Positions 9,338 to 22,600 of a stretch of 64,000 bases of DNA are shown piece by piece. Each line of letters begins with the position of its first letter. The first letter of the stretch is position 1. Source of the stretch: Candidatus Woesearchaeota archaeon. GTDB taxonomy: Archaea; Nanobdellota; Nanobdellia; Woesearchaeales; JAZDKJ01. The DNA is taken from the NCBI GenBank assembly GCA_043803105.1, contig JAZDKJ010000006.1, positions 128,001-192,000 of the forward strand, given 5' to 3'. A program made the position numbers and the translations under genes. The notes under the pieces are model-generated. The model saw nothing but the letters and a program-made list of their open reading frames with translations, was not told the origin of the DNA and ran no database searches.

Positions 9338-9889
9338 TTAGGCCTTTCTCCTGTCATTTTTCAGCATGTCCAGTCTCCTTTTTATTTTCCTGTTTTCTTT
9401 TGTGATTTTAGATTTATTCAAACCCCTGCCCATGCTGACCCTTAGAGTATAGAAATCCTCAAGTGTTTGTTCCAGCTCCATATTCTTTGCTTCCAGGTGT
9501 CGTTTCGCCGTTTCGAGCTGGTTTTGCTGGCCTTTTAACTCGTGCGTTAGCCTTGTAAGTTCCCGGTTTGAGTTTTCGAGAGCCTTGCTCTTTTGAATAA
9601 GCTTGAATATCAATGTGAGATTAGTCTTCATCATGAACACTGCAAACAGCGCTGCTGTGGCAAGAATCGTTGCGACCAGGATGTTGCTGAAAAACAAGTT
9701 TGACAGTCCGTTCCTCACCACGTAAACATACGCCACATAGCTCAAAAGAAAAAAGCATACAAATGCGAACAGAAAGAGCCAAGGCCTTCTCAGCTCTTTG
9801 TTCTTTATGTTGAGTATCGTCGTCCTGCAGAGAAGCACTGCATAAACAAGCAATATAATGCCTATTAGCCCAAACAGAACTTCTATCAT
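9338..9889 (-). CDS. 3-TM membrane protein with a cytoplasmic coiled coil
   Basis: Three hydrophobic segments followed by a heptad-rich KALENSNRELTRLTHELK...ELEQTLEDF region. Confidence 0.7.
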   Translation of the reverse strand: MIEVLFGLIGIILLVYAVLLCRTTILNIKNKELRRPWLFLFAFVCFFLLSYVAYVYVVRNGLSNLFFSNILVATILATAALFAVFMMKTNLTLIFKLIQKSKALENSNRELTRLTHELKGQQNQLETAKRHLEAKNMELEQTLEDFYTLRVSMGRGLNKSKITKENRKIKRRLDMLKNDRRKA

Positions 9890-10011
9890 TCTTTCCTACA
9901 AACAGGAACCTCACTTATAAATAATTTGCGCAAGTCTGCACATCTTTAAGCAGCCATTATGTTGATAAGCGCAGTTTGTAAGTAAAATATAGAAAGCCTT
10001 AAATACCACTA

Positions 10012-10030
10012 CTTACAGATTCGCTGTAAG
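10012..10030 (+). promoter_or_regulatory. Inverted repeat CTTACAG-n5-CTGTAAG just downstream of a TATA-like box; candidate operator
   Basis: Perfect 7-bp arms following GAAAGCCTTAAATA, upstream of the HTH gene at 10063. Confidence 0.45.
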
Positions 10031-10062
10031 GGGTTGCTTTGTTTACCAGAGAGTTCGAGTGA

Positions 10063-10677
10063 ATGCAGAAAAAGGGGCATGTAGTAACTAAAACGAGGCT
10101 TGAGAATAATGCTTTCTTTAGGTTGAAGAATCAAAACCATCTGCAAGACATTCGTGAAAGCCTTTCTGACCTCTCTGTAAAGGATGTTGATAATCTTTTA
10201 CAGAGCATGATTGAGAAGTATAATCTCCCTTATGAGGAGGTTGTGAATCTGTTCAGGCAAAAATCCCATTCTGCTCCTGCAATATCTGTGCCCTTGCTCG
10301 TTTTCCGTGAGAAAAGGCTAACCCATCTACAGTCTCTCGTTAAGTACTTGAGAGAATCAGAGAATGTCTCATTGCCAGAAATAGCACTGCTTTTGGCTAG
10401 GGATGTTTCCGCTGTCTCTCAATTATACTCCCAGGCAAAGCACCTCACGCCTGAGCCATTTCAGATAGTCGATGACGAGATCTGCGTGCCAATAGCTGTG
10501 TTTAAGGACAGGAACCTAAGCATTCTCGAGCATCTCGCAGAGTTCCTAAAAGACACGATTAAACTTCGGTATAGTGAGATTGCGAGGCTTCTTGACCGTG
10601 ACCAACGTACTGTCTGGACAGCCTATGTGAGGGGCAAGGACAAAAGGTTAAGGCTTTTGGAAGGGGTGCCTGCATGA
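10063..10677 (+). CDS. Tandem-duplicated HTH DNA-binding protein
   Basis: Two copies of VP..VF..r.L..L..L...L......L..EIA.LL.RD; RDQRTVWTAY recognition helix; ATGA overlap with the giant gene. Confidence 0.8.
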   Translation: MQKKGHVVTKTRLENNAFFRLKNQNHLQDIRESLSDLSVKDVDNLLQSMIEKYNLPYEEVVNLFRQKSHSAPAISVPLLVFREKRLTHLQSLVKYLRESENVSLPEIALLLARDVSAVSQLYSQAKHLTPEPFQIVDDEICVPIAVFKDRNLSILEHLAEFLKDTIKLRYSEIARLLDRDQRTVWTAYVRGKDKRLRLLEGVPA

Positions 10678-13600
10678 GGTCTGTGCAAAAAATGATTTTG
10701 CCCCTGATTTTCCTTCTTGTTCTTGTACTCGTTTCAGCCTCTGATTACGAGAATGCCTCGTTTTCCAACATCACCATGTTGAACTGTACCGATTCCTCAG
10801 AGATGCAGGTCAATCAGACAATTAACATTTCCATTTCTGCTCAGGCTAACCTGTCTTCATTGGCTAATGTGTCCCTTTTCGGCAATTTGTCCCTGCCTGG
10901 CAATCTTTCGGATGCAGGCAACTGGTCCAACGCAAGCTCCTTTACAGCTAATGAGACTCAACCGATCAACTGGACCAATGCAAATGTCATCAATTCAACT
11001 AATCTGTCTGCTAACATCACCTTGAATCAATCAATGAATGGCTTGAACTCCCCTAATTCAAGTTCTGTGCAAGCCGCTTCTTCCCTTTGCGACCGTATCT
11101 CTGTGTTCAGGGAACAGGCTTCGATTGCTGGCCCTAAGAAAACGATTGCAGTTCATCTCGTTCTGTTATCTCAAGAGTTTGTGCCCCAGTTTGTTTTTGA
11201 TGAGTCAGTGCCTGCAAACTGGCAGGTTCTTGATTATTCTGGTTCACTGCCTTATAGCATAGTCAATTCAAGCCATCTTCTCTACCGCCTCTCTAACCTG
11301 ACCGGCCTTCAGATTTTTGGTTATCGGATTCTGGCACCTGAGGCTCAAGGCAATTACACCTTTGCCGCTTCCTTGAATTTTGTCAATCAAAGTTGTCCTC
11401 TTCCTTTGCATAAGGTCGAGGTTGTTCGCTCAAGAGCCTCTTTTGAGGTTGGAATATCCTCTAACAGGTCTTTGCCTCTCCTGGACTTCTCTTTGTTGAA
11501 TTTTTCTGTGAGAAATATTGGTGACAAGTCTGTTGAGGATTACCACACCTTTTTCTATTGGTACTATAACAAGACTGTTTTTGATATACTCTGGGTTGAG
11601 AAGAACTGTCGCCTGGCTCACGGTCTGCTCTCTTGTGAATGGAATACTTTTCTTGAGAATGAGACCAAGTTTTTCTCTATAGCAATTTTGCCAAAGCTAG
11701 CTTCACCGCAGTTTGTGAAATCAAACATCACCTATGATCCTCCCGAGCAGCCTGCAAAGGTTTCTGTACTCAAACGCATAACAGGGCTGTTTTCCAGTGT
11801 CTTCAGCCTGCTCAAGGAATTCTTTGTCCGGCTGTTTTCAGGCGGTATCACTGGCGAGGTTGTAAAGGAAGTCGGTCCAGATAAAGAAAATAAGAATGAA
11901 ACAAGACCAGCACCCAATGTTTCATTGCCAGAAACAGTGCCGACAATAGAACCTCCTGCCGCACCTAATCGGACAGAGCTGCCTGCAAGTGTGCCAGAAC
12001 CAGCACAGCCTGTAAAGAAAGTCACCCAGATTTCAGGCTCAGGCTCTTCCTCAAGTTCTTCCTCAGGCTCTAATCATCATCCTGAAGAGCCGAAAGCACC
12101 TCCCGAGGCGCCTAAGAAGATTTGGTATACCTCTGTCGCTTACAATTTCCTGAGGGCTTCAAACGTAAGCACAAATCAATCACGTCTGCCTGCTGTAGAG
12201 ATTTTTGACTCAAATCATCATCGCGTGGAAGCCACAGAACTTATTGAACAAAACAGCTACGGTTCATACGATATTTCTTTCTCATTCTCTTCAGGAGCAA
12301 CACTTGAGATACTTAATTTGTCAGCAGGCTTTGACCATTCTAAGGCTATCGGGTTTGAGGAGTTTGTTCCAGCGCAACACTCAAATCTTGAGTCTTTCAG
12401 TCGGGTGATTTCCATTGATCCTAGCTCGTTCAATTTCACTCATGCCGTCCTGCGCTACACTGCTTTAGGCACTAAGCTCTTTAAGTGTGCTGATTGGAAT
12501 TTTACCCTGCAAAAATGCCTGGGCAGTTGGGAAAACGTAATGAATCTCACCCCCGGACAAGAATATTCTGTCTTGTTCAACAATCTTGATCCTGCTTTTG
12601 CAGAGGCCTCTGTCTCTGGACCAAAAAAATTGCGAAGGCATGATTTCAAATCCTTTGAAAATCCAATTTTTGAGATAAACATGACCTCCAACATCACTTC
12701 CTATCTGTTGAATCCGGACGGGGATATGCAGAGGCTTCCTGACTCAAATGTTTTGAGGAAAGGGTTTAGCTCTTTTGAGATTACTGTGGACTCAAGGCGC
12801 TACTTCCGGCCAGGGCTTTACAAATTGCTTGTGTATTCTGGTAATGCAAGCTATGAGCAGAATTTTACCTGGGGTGTTCTTGCGGTCAACACTCAAAAAT
12901 CAATCTATAATCAGAACGAGCTTGCCAAGATTGGCATGGCTGTCCTTGATGACTTGGGAAAGATGGTCTGCAATGCAAACGTCACTTTGTTGATTACCTC
13001 CCCTGATAATCTTACCACAGTCCTTAGCACTGACAATGCCTTGATAAAAGTCAGCCCAGAATGTGCTGTTTACGGAATCACTGAGCTGCCTGATTACTAT
13101 GCTAACTATACGACCACCATTCCTGGCACCTACTCTCTTAATCTTACTGCGGTAACCTTTAATGGTGTAAGGTCAGTCTCAGACTCTTTCATCGTCGGCA
13201 AATCTGACTTTGATGTCTCGCGCAAAACTGCCACAAGAATATTCCCGTTTGTGCCATACATCGTGAATATTTCTATCACTGCAAACCATAATTACAAGGG
13301 AACAATCTCAGATTTTGTTCCCTCTGTCTTCGCGATTAACCCTCAGTCTGGCTTAACAATATCTGAATTAGGTGACACAAAATCACTTTCTTGGGATGTT
13401 GACTTAAAGAAAGGTGACACCTTGAGTCTTGCCTATGAGTATGATGCCCCTGATACTAGCCCTATGTTCTATCTGCTCGGCAAGCTGCAGATTGGCTCTT
13501 GGCAGGAATACCGTTACTGGCAGATTGCCTCTGACGCAGGCTGCAGTGCGAACAACATCAACGCTCCTGTGAGCCCCTTGAAATGTGCTGTTGATAGCTC

Positions 13601-16600
13601 TTTTTCCATGAACTGCACTGTTGTGGTAAATGGCAAGGATACCTTTACCCAACACGCACAGTATTCTTTGGGTTCTTCTTACCCAGTCATAACTGGTACT
13701 TCTGTCCATATGGATACCTTCAGCTCAAATCCTGTCTCTCATTCAAGCAGCGGTACAGTCACAGATGTTTGGACTGTTAACTGTAGGTTTCCTGGTGTTT
13801 ATGCTGTCAGGTGCAATGTGGTCTGCGGCACAAACACCACAAGCTCTACACGCCAGGTCAACATAACAGATGCATATCCTCATTGGTCTGCAAACAAGAC
13901 TGACTATCCTTCAACCTATTCAAAAACAACGCAGACAAAATTCAATGTCACCTGGGCTGACAACAAAGGAATCAGTCTCGCCAGGATTGAATTGAATTTT
14001 TCAGGCAGCAAGGTCAATTATACAATGAACAGGATTACCGGTAGTGTTACAGAGGGGGTCTATAACTTCAGCAGAGTTTTCAAGGTCGGCTCTTATCAGT
14101 GGAAAGGCTTTGCCAATGACACCTTCAACCAGAAGAACAGTACCCCTGTCTGGCGCTTTAATATTGTAAGGGCAACGCCTGTCCTTAACATCACTATCAA
14201 CAGGACAAGGAGGAACTGGACTGTTCAGGAACGCTCTTCCCTCTGGCTTAACGGCTCTATTGTTGTTGGCGAGTCACCCTATATTGAGCTTTACCTGAAC
14301 AGCACTAAGATTAACAATCGTTCAAGCCCTGCTGCAAACTATACTTATTTCCGCAAGCCTGGCAGATACAATGTTACTGCTAAAGTGCCTCAAACCCAGA
14401 ACTATACTGCAGCTCAGACTATTATCCTCTTCATCAATGTGACTGATGCAAGCCCGCCGAATATAACCCTTTTATTGCCTTTGAACAAGAGCTTCAGCAA
14501 TAACGGGAATGTGAATTTCACCTTCAATGTTGCTGATTACTCTAATATTGCGAACTGCAGTCTCTATTACGGAACATCACTCATTACTGTCAACAAGACT
14601 GTGAATAAGGCAATTACCCAAAGGTTCGTTAAGACTGGCCTTGCTGTTGATGTCTATGACTGGAAGATAAGGTGCTTTGATGTTTTGGGATATAGCTCTA
14701 ATTCTACTGTCTGGAGGGTTATTGTTGACAAGACTGCTCCTGCTGTGGTCTTGTCTTCTCCTGTCAATCGCAGCTTCAGCTCAACCGGAACAGTTCAGCA
14801 GTCTTATACGCTGACAGAAACAAATAAGGACAGGTGCATCCTTTATACTAACTATTCATCAGTCTGGAAGGTCAACCAGTCGCAGGTTCCTGTTTCTGGC
14901 TCAAACAGCTTTGTGGCAAAGACTGTGCCAGAAGGTACCTATATATGGAATGTCTGGTGCAATGATTCAGCAAAGTTTTCTTCCTGGCACTACATCAACT
15001 GGACCATTTTTGTTGATATGTATAAGCCGAAGATTAATTTCACCGGACCCACACCCGCCAACAGGACCAATCTCTCTACCCGTAATGTTGTCATTAATGT
15101 TACGCTCTTTGACAAAAATCCGAACACCTTTATCCTCAATTGGAATGGCACAAACCAAAGCATAAAGCCGTATGGCACTTACGTAAACATTTCCAAGACC
15201 TTAAACGATGGTGTTTATTCATATTATGCTGTGGCAAATGATTCATTTGGCCAGACCAACAACACTGGAAAAAGGATTCTTATTATTGACGCAACCGCTC
15301 CAAGGTTGTACCTGCGCCAGCCTTCCAATCGCACCTGGATTAATAATAACTCTGTGAAGTTTGAGTATAATATTACAGAAAATCTTGCAGGCCTCAAGAA
15401 TTGCAGCCTTATTATCAATAACAAGCTGAACCGCACCAATACAACTGTCCAGCTTGGAATAACCCAATACTTCAGGGTTAATCTCAGCAACAGCCTTGGC
15501 TACAATTGGATGATTAATTGTTCTGACAAGTTTAGGAACCGTAATTCCTCGCCTCTTAGGCTGATTAAGGTTGACTCTGCATTTCCAACCGTAAAAGATG
15601 AGAAGAGCAACACTTCAGGAACTGTTGGCATTGGCAGCACTGTCTGCTTGAATCTGACCACCTCAGATGCGTTTTCAGGTGTCAGGAACGTTACAGTAGA
15701 GCTTGATTTGCCTGCTACAGGAAAGAAAAATTATTCTTTTAGTAATGCCACTGGCGGCTGTGGTGGTGCCGGCGCATCTGTCTGGTCTCAGAAGATTGCC
15801 TGTACAGAAACCGGCTCCTATGCCTGGGTCAGGACCTTTGTTTATGATAATGCAGTAAACAAGAACACGACAGTGCCTTCGATTGCTGTCGCCTGGTCTG
15901 CTGTCACCCAGATTTTCCTCAACATCAACATGTCAAAGCCCAAGGTAAACTTTGAGCTTAATGAGTCAAAAACCAGCAGAAACTCGTCATTTCTCCAGAA
16001 CTGTAATGTCACATGCAACCAGTCATCTACCGGCTCATGCGAGGGTGTATTGATTTATGCACAATACAAGTACGGCACGTGGATAGAGTTGAACAAAACG
16101 ACAACCTTGTTGACGAACAGTCTTAACTTTAAGAACTGCAGCACACTTGCCAAGGGGCAGAATTGCAGCCAATCTTTTAACATTACTGTTGGGAAAAATT
16201 CTGGCGCAAATACCTTTGGCCTGCGATGCATGGTTTATTCGGCAAACGGCGGAACAATCTTTTCAAAGACTCAGATTAACCTCACAATAGATGATTTCCC
16301 TGTTGCCAGGTTCACATCTCCGCTTAACCGTTCTTATCTTAGGTCAAAGGTCAGGCTCAACGCCTCGAGTTCCAGTGATGATAAGTCAATTGTGTCATAC
16401 TCTTTTGAGATTGACAATAACGCAGCCTTCAGCCATCCATCCACTCTCTGCGTTACAACAAATAAGAACTGCACACTTAACACCACTTCGCAGACTCAAT
16501 GCTCTGAGAACAGTTGGGCCTGCTTTTTGAGGCTTAATGTGACTGATATCAGCAGCCTAAAAAACAGCACCATCATTAATGTCCAGATAGACAACGCAAA

Positions 16601-19600
16601 GCCTACTGTCAGGCTTAATTTACCGTCAACCTCTTCATGGTCTGCCTCACCTAGTGTAAGCCTCAAGTACACCCCCACTGACCAGAACCTTGCTTACTGT
16701 GTTCTTTATGATAACTCTTCTGGATTTGCTGCTGTGCAGACCCATGGTTCCATTACCAGTGGCTCAGAGGACACTTTTACTGATTCATTGGCTGACGGCT
16801 CTTACAAGTGGAATGTGCGCTGCAATGATTCTGCAGGAAATTTTGCTTTTAACAATACCAACCGAACTTTTTCTGTTGACACAACCTATCCAAAGCTGGT
16901 CTATGCTGGCGGCACCTTAGCCAATAACTCTTTTGCAGGGCAGGATTATGTTTATGTTAACGTCTCTGTTAATGAGAAGAATACTGCAAATCTTACTTTT
17001 TACCTGTATAATGTCTCACGAAAGCTCGTTAACTCCACTTTCAGGTCTGCCGGCTCAAGAAGCGTGAACTTCACAAAGCTTAATCCTAATTCTGTTTACT
17101 ATTTCAATGTCTCTGTGCTCGACAAGGCTGGCAATCGCAACCGCACTATCTTGAGGAAGATAACCCTGGATAACACCAGGCCAAAAATTGTGTATGGCCT
17201 CGGCACTTCTCAGAATGGGGTGTTTGTCAATCGCAACTGGATTTACGTCAATGTTTCTGTGACAGAGACTAATTTCAATAATATCACATTCTACCTGTAT
17301 AATATCTCTGGCCTTGTTAACAGGACAAATTACACCTCCTCCAGTTTCTTCATAAACTTCACGAATTTGAAGAACACAAACATGGTTTATTTCTATAATG
17401 TGACTGTGAGGGACAAGTCTGGTTTCTCAAATTCAACTGTGAAGCGCAACATCACCCTGGACACTACCCTGCCTTCAGTGAAGTTGTTGCAGCCTTCGAA
17501 TGCAAATATTACCCGCGGCAACACTAACCTGCGGTTTAACTTTAGTGTTATTGACACAAACATAAAGAATTGCTCATTGTACTCTAACTTCAGCGGGGCA
17601 TATAAGCTGAACCAGACCAATACCACTGTTAGGAACGGCACAAAGACTGTCTTTAAGCCGTTAACCCTGCAGTCAGGGACCTATCTTTGGAATGTACGTT
17701 GTTATGATATGGCCGGCAATAATGCCTTTAACAAGACCAACTGGACTTTGCAGGTTGACATCTCTGCTCCCTCTGCTTTCATCCTGAGGTATCCTGTGAA
17801 CGGCAAGGTCAGCAAGGTCCTGACTCCGCTTTTGAACTGGTCTCCGACTGTGGAGGCACACTTCAAGAATTACACTGTTCGGGTTAGTGAAAACAAGAAT
17901 TTTGCCAGCATCAATTATATTTACTCTAACCGCAGGAACATTTCAAACACCTCTTATCAGGTTTCTTCTGCCTGGACAGCCAACCGGGTTTTCTTTTGGA
18001 GGGTTACCGCTTATGATACCCTTGGGTTCTACACCAATGCCACACAAGACTTCAACTATACCACAGATACAATATCTCCAAGGACAAGGCTGCAGAGGCC
18101 TTTGAACAATTCAGTCTGGACCTCAAGCAATCTTGTGCAGTTTATTTTCAATGCAACAGACTCCAATCCGATAGCAAACTGCACTCTCCTGGTTAATGGG
18201 GTCACCTCATCCGTTAGCCCAGTGTCAAACAATACTGCCACAGTTATTCAGCGCTCGCTTGCCAATGGCAATTACAAGTGGTATGTTAACTGCACTGATA
18301 TTGGCGGAAACGTAAACAAGTCTCTCACGCGGAACGTAAGTGTAAAGGTGCAGATTCCTATTATAACATTTTTTGAATCCTATGGTTCTTCCGGCGCTCC
18401 AACCATTGACTTGAACTACACCCAGGACCAGACACCCAATTCCTATGCAAAGGTATGCGTCAAGAATTCAGAAAACACTTTGGTCACCGCAACAACTGTT
18501 CAGGGTGTCAAGGTAAATGGTTTTCTTATCAAGGCAAGTCAGCCTATCAATTTCAGCGGCTCATTCTCAGGAGCCCAAAACGCGTACATAAGCTGGAGGC
18601 TCTATTACAACAACGGCACTCAGGAGCCTTTGATAGCGCAGGACGGTGACCGCCAGTTGGGAGGGACTCTTTATACAGCCACAGCTCAAAGCACTGTCTC
18701 AAGCAAGAGGAATTCGACTCCCTCGCAGGACATCCACCTTGGTCCGAATGATAAGGTTAAGATAATTAATTACCTCTACTACAGCACAGGTGCCAATGTC
18801 GAGTACACCCATTATTGGGACAACAGCCAATCCTTTGTCAAGCTATATGGTTATATTCTTGGCTGGCTAAAGACAAATCTCTCAGCACCCCTTACAGACC
18901 CTGCGCCCGCAGAGTCCGCCCAGTTCAATGCAACATGCAACATTTCGTGCTCATCAGGCTACTGCATGGGAACTGAAGTGACAATCCAGACAAGGCCAAA
19001 CCCCTCAAGTCCTTGGTCAACTATTAGCTATTCCTCAGGCAACATAAGGCTTTATTCTATTGCTGCATCAAATCCGCAGTCTGCAGGTAATTTCAACGGC
19101 TCTGCCAAGAGAAACTTTACCCTTGTTGCTTATGCAATCTCAAGGAACAATCAGCTGAGATGCCTTGCCAACTCCACTTATTCAAGTGTTGCAGGTAGTC
19201 TATTGACCACAGTCACTGTACGCGATATAACAAAACCCTCTGCCTCTCTGGTTAGCCCTGCAAATGCCTCCTTTAGCAGCAGCGGTAACCTTACTCTTGG
19301 TTATATTCCGAAGGACAATTACAATGTCTCTAACTGCAGCCTTGTCATCAACCGCAAGCTGAACCAGACAAACAAGACTATAACTGAAGACCTGACAAAC
19401 TATTTTAGGGTCAAGAATCTTGGCTCAGGCAGGTATAATTGGAGTGTTAACTGTACTGATAGTTTTGCTAACAAGAACAACAGCATCTCTTGGCTGGTTA
19501 TAGTTGACAGGACCCGGCCTTTGATAAGATTCAATAACGGAACTGCCAAGAACAACACCTTTGCAAGCAGGAATTATATTTTTGTTAATGTGAGCGCTTT

Positions 19601-22600
19601 TGATGCCAATGAGGCGAACATCACTTTCTACCTGTATAACTCAAGCAAGAATCTTGTAAACCTAACCACAAAGCAAGCCGGCTCAAGGAGCATCAATTTT
19701 ACAAAGCTCAACAGCAACATGGTTTACTATTATAATGTCTCAATCCGGGACAAGGCAAACAACTACAACAATACAAGGACCAGGAAGATCACTCTTGACA
19801 CCACTCCCCCGACTTCAAGGCTTGATGCTCCGTCCACAGGTAGTTGGACAAGGACTAATCCGCAGTTCACATACACCCCTTACGATGCCAACCTCGACGC
19901 ATGTAAGGTCTACCATAATGCAAGCGGCATCTTCAAGGCAAATGCCTCAAACACCAATGTTGTTTCCACCCAGCAGTCCAGCTTTACAGTTGCCTTGTCT
20001 GATGGTAGCCATAAGTGGACTATCTGGTGTAATGACACTGCAGGAAATTATGCCTTTAACAGCACAAACCGAACAATCCTTGTAGACAAGACTGTTCCAA
20101 AGATATTCTTTGGGAGTAATACTGAGCCTGCTGACACATATTTTAACAGGGATTGGATTTACGTTAACACAACTGTTTTGGAGCTTCACGAGTCAAACAT
20201 AACCTTCAAGCTGTTCAATGAGACAAAACTCCTCAACTTGACAACCCTTGCTGCAGGTACTCGAAGCATAAACTTCACCAAGCTTGCCAGCAACAAGGAC
20301 TATTATTACAATGTGACAGCTGTGGACCTGGCAGGTAACTCTAACTCAACCCTGACAAGGAAGCTCACCCTCGATTCCACCTTCCCAACCATCCAGCTTG
20401 CCTCGCCCGGTGACAGGGAGGCTGACCCTGATGGCCTGTTGACAATGAGCTACATTCCGGATGATCCCCTCAGCCCGCACCTTGATAATTGTGAACTGTT
20501 TGGCAACTTCTCAGGTTCATGGAAGTTGAATCAGACAGACATTAGCCCAAGGGAGCAGGTGACAAATTCATTCCTGGAGATGAGCCTTCCTTACGGCACC
20601 TACATATGGAATGTTCGCTGCAATGATTCAGCTGGCAATTCCAACTGGTCTGCAAGCAACTTTACGGTTTTCGTTGACAATATTGCGCCGGTTGTTTTGC
20701 TTCTTTCTCCCAAGAACGCAAGCTACACATCCAACAGCGTACTGACTTTTGAATACTCCTTTAGTGAGGCGCATGAGGAGGTCTGTATCCTTTGGTCAAA
20801 TTTTTCAGGCACTTGGAAGAAGAACGAGACTGACCCTACTCCAAGGCCTGATTCTGTTAACTCTATTGAAGCCCATGCTCCTGACGGTTCTTACAAGTGG
20901 AATATCTGGTGTAATGATTCAGCTGGCAACCATGCTTTCAATAACACGAACCGCACTCTTTTTGTTGACAGGGTTCCGCCCAAGATTTTCTATGCCGGTG
21001 GCACTGAGTCAAATAATTCTTTCATGTCAAGGAATTGGCTTTTCGTCAATGTAAGCATAATCGATCCCAACAAAGCAAACGTCACTTTCTACCTCTACAA
21101 CAGCACCAAGAAACTTGTGAATCTTACCGTGCTCACAGGCAGCTCTCACTCGATTAACTTCACGAAGCTTAACGGCAATATGGTGTATTTCTACAATGTC
21201 ACTGCCGCTGATCGCGCCAACAACAAGAATTCAACAGTTTTAAGGAAGCTAACACTTGATTCAACAAAACCAAGGTCCTCCTACCTATACCCCACCCCTC
21301 CAGAAAACTGGAACCAGAGTTCAACGACTGTGGTCATCAATGTGAGCCATATCGACGTCAATCCCAACACTTTCATCTTCACCTGGAACACCAGCGTCGA
21401 AGCGTCCAAGCCGTATATTGGCAATTATACCAATATCACAAAGCAGAACCTTGTTGATGGTGTATACACATACTATATGTGGTCTGACGACAAGGCAGGC
21501 AATGTTAACCAGACGCGGACAAGAACATTAAGGGTTGACACAAAACCCCCATTGGTTCAGCTGCGCCTGCCGCTAAACAACAAGTGGATAAATACAGAGA
21601 ACCTGACCTTCTGGTTCAATGTCTCTGACCAGCTTTTGTCTGTTGCGAATTGCACCCTTTTGATTAATGGTTCTGTGAACCAGACCAATCGGACGATCAG
21701 GAAGGACATTTTACAGTCATTTAAGGTCAAAGGCTTGCGGGACTCCGGCTACAGTTGGCAGGTGAATTGCTCAGATTCAATAAACAACCGCAATGGCTCA
21801 CCGGTAAGGATTACCAAGATTGATCTAACCTATCCCACCATAGAGCTAATGTCTGCTAATGTGACAAAGATAAATATCACACAGACTCTTTGCCTGAACG
21901 CAACCGTCTTTGATGCACTTTCAGGTGTTAATCAGACTTGGGCTATTGTGCGGGCTCCAAATTCCATACAGTTCAAAGTACCCTTAACCCATGGGGCAAC
22001 TAGCTGCAACAAGGTGAATAACCCTGATGTTTATTCCTCCACCTATAAGGTGACTAATGTTGGTATTTACAACTGGACCTTCACCTGGGCAAACGATACT
22101 GCCTCGAACAAAAATTCGACCTATACAGGCATTATCTGGAATTCGACAAGCATTGGTACTATCACTGTCAACGCTACAAAGCCTTCAATCAATCTTAGGC
22201 TCAATGAGTCAGAACCGGGTCGGAATTATACATTTGAATTGAACTGCAAGGCCTATTGTGACGACAAGCCTCAGAACTGCACCAATGTTACACTGTATCC
22301 TATGTACAATTATAGTGACATATCTGATATCAATAGCACTTCTCCCTTCCTGCGCAGCCATAACAACAGCTACAATCTTGGGAATCTTACTGCAGGAGGT
22401 TCACCTAAGAACTATACTTTCGTGATTCGGACCACAACAGATTCTGGTCATACAAGCTGGAGTGTTTTCTGCAGGGCCACCTCTAACATAGTTGGAACAT
22501 ATTATTCAAAGAGGCAAATGAACATCTCAGTTAATGACCATCCCCATGCCTTCTTTACTTATCCTTCAAACGCCTCGTGGCTTGCGCGCACAGAAAGGCT

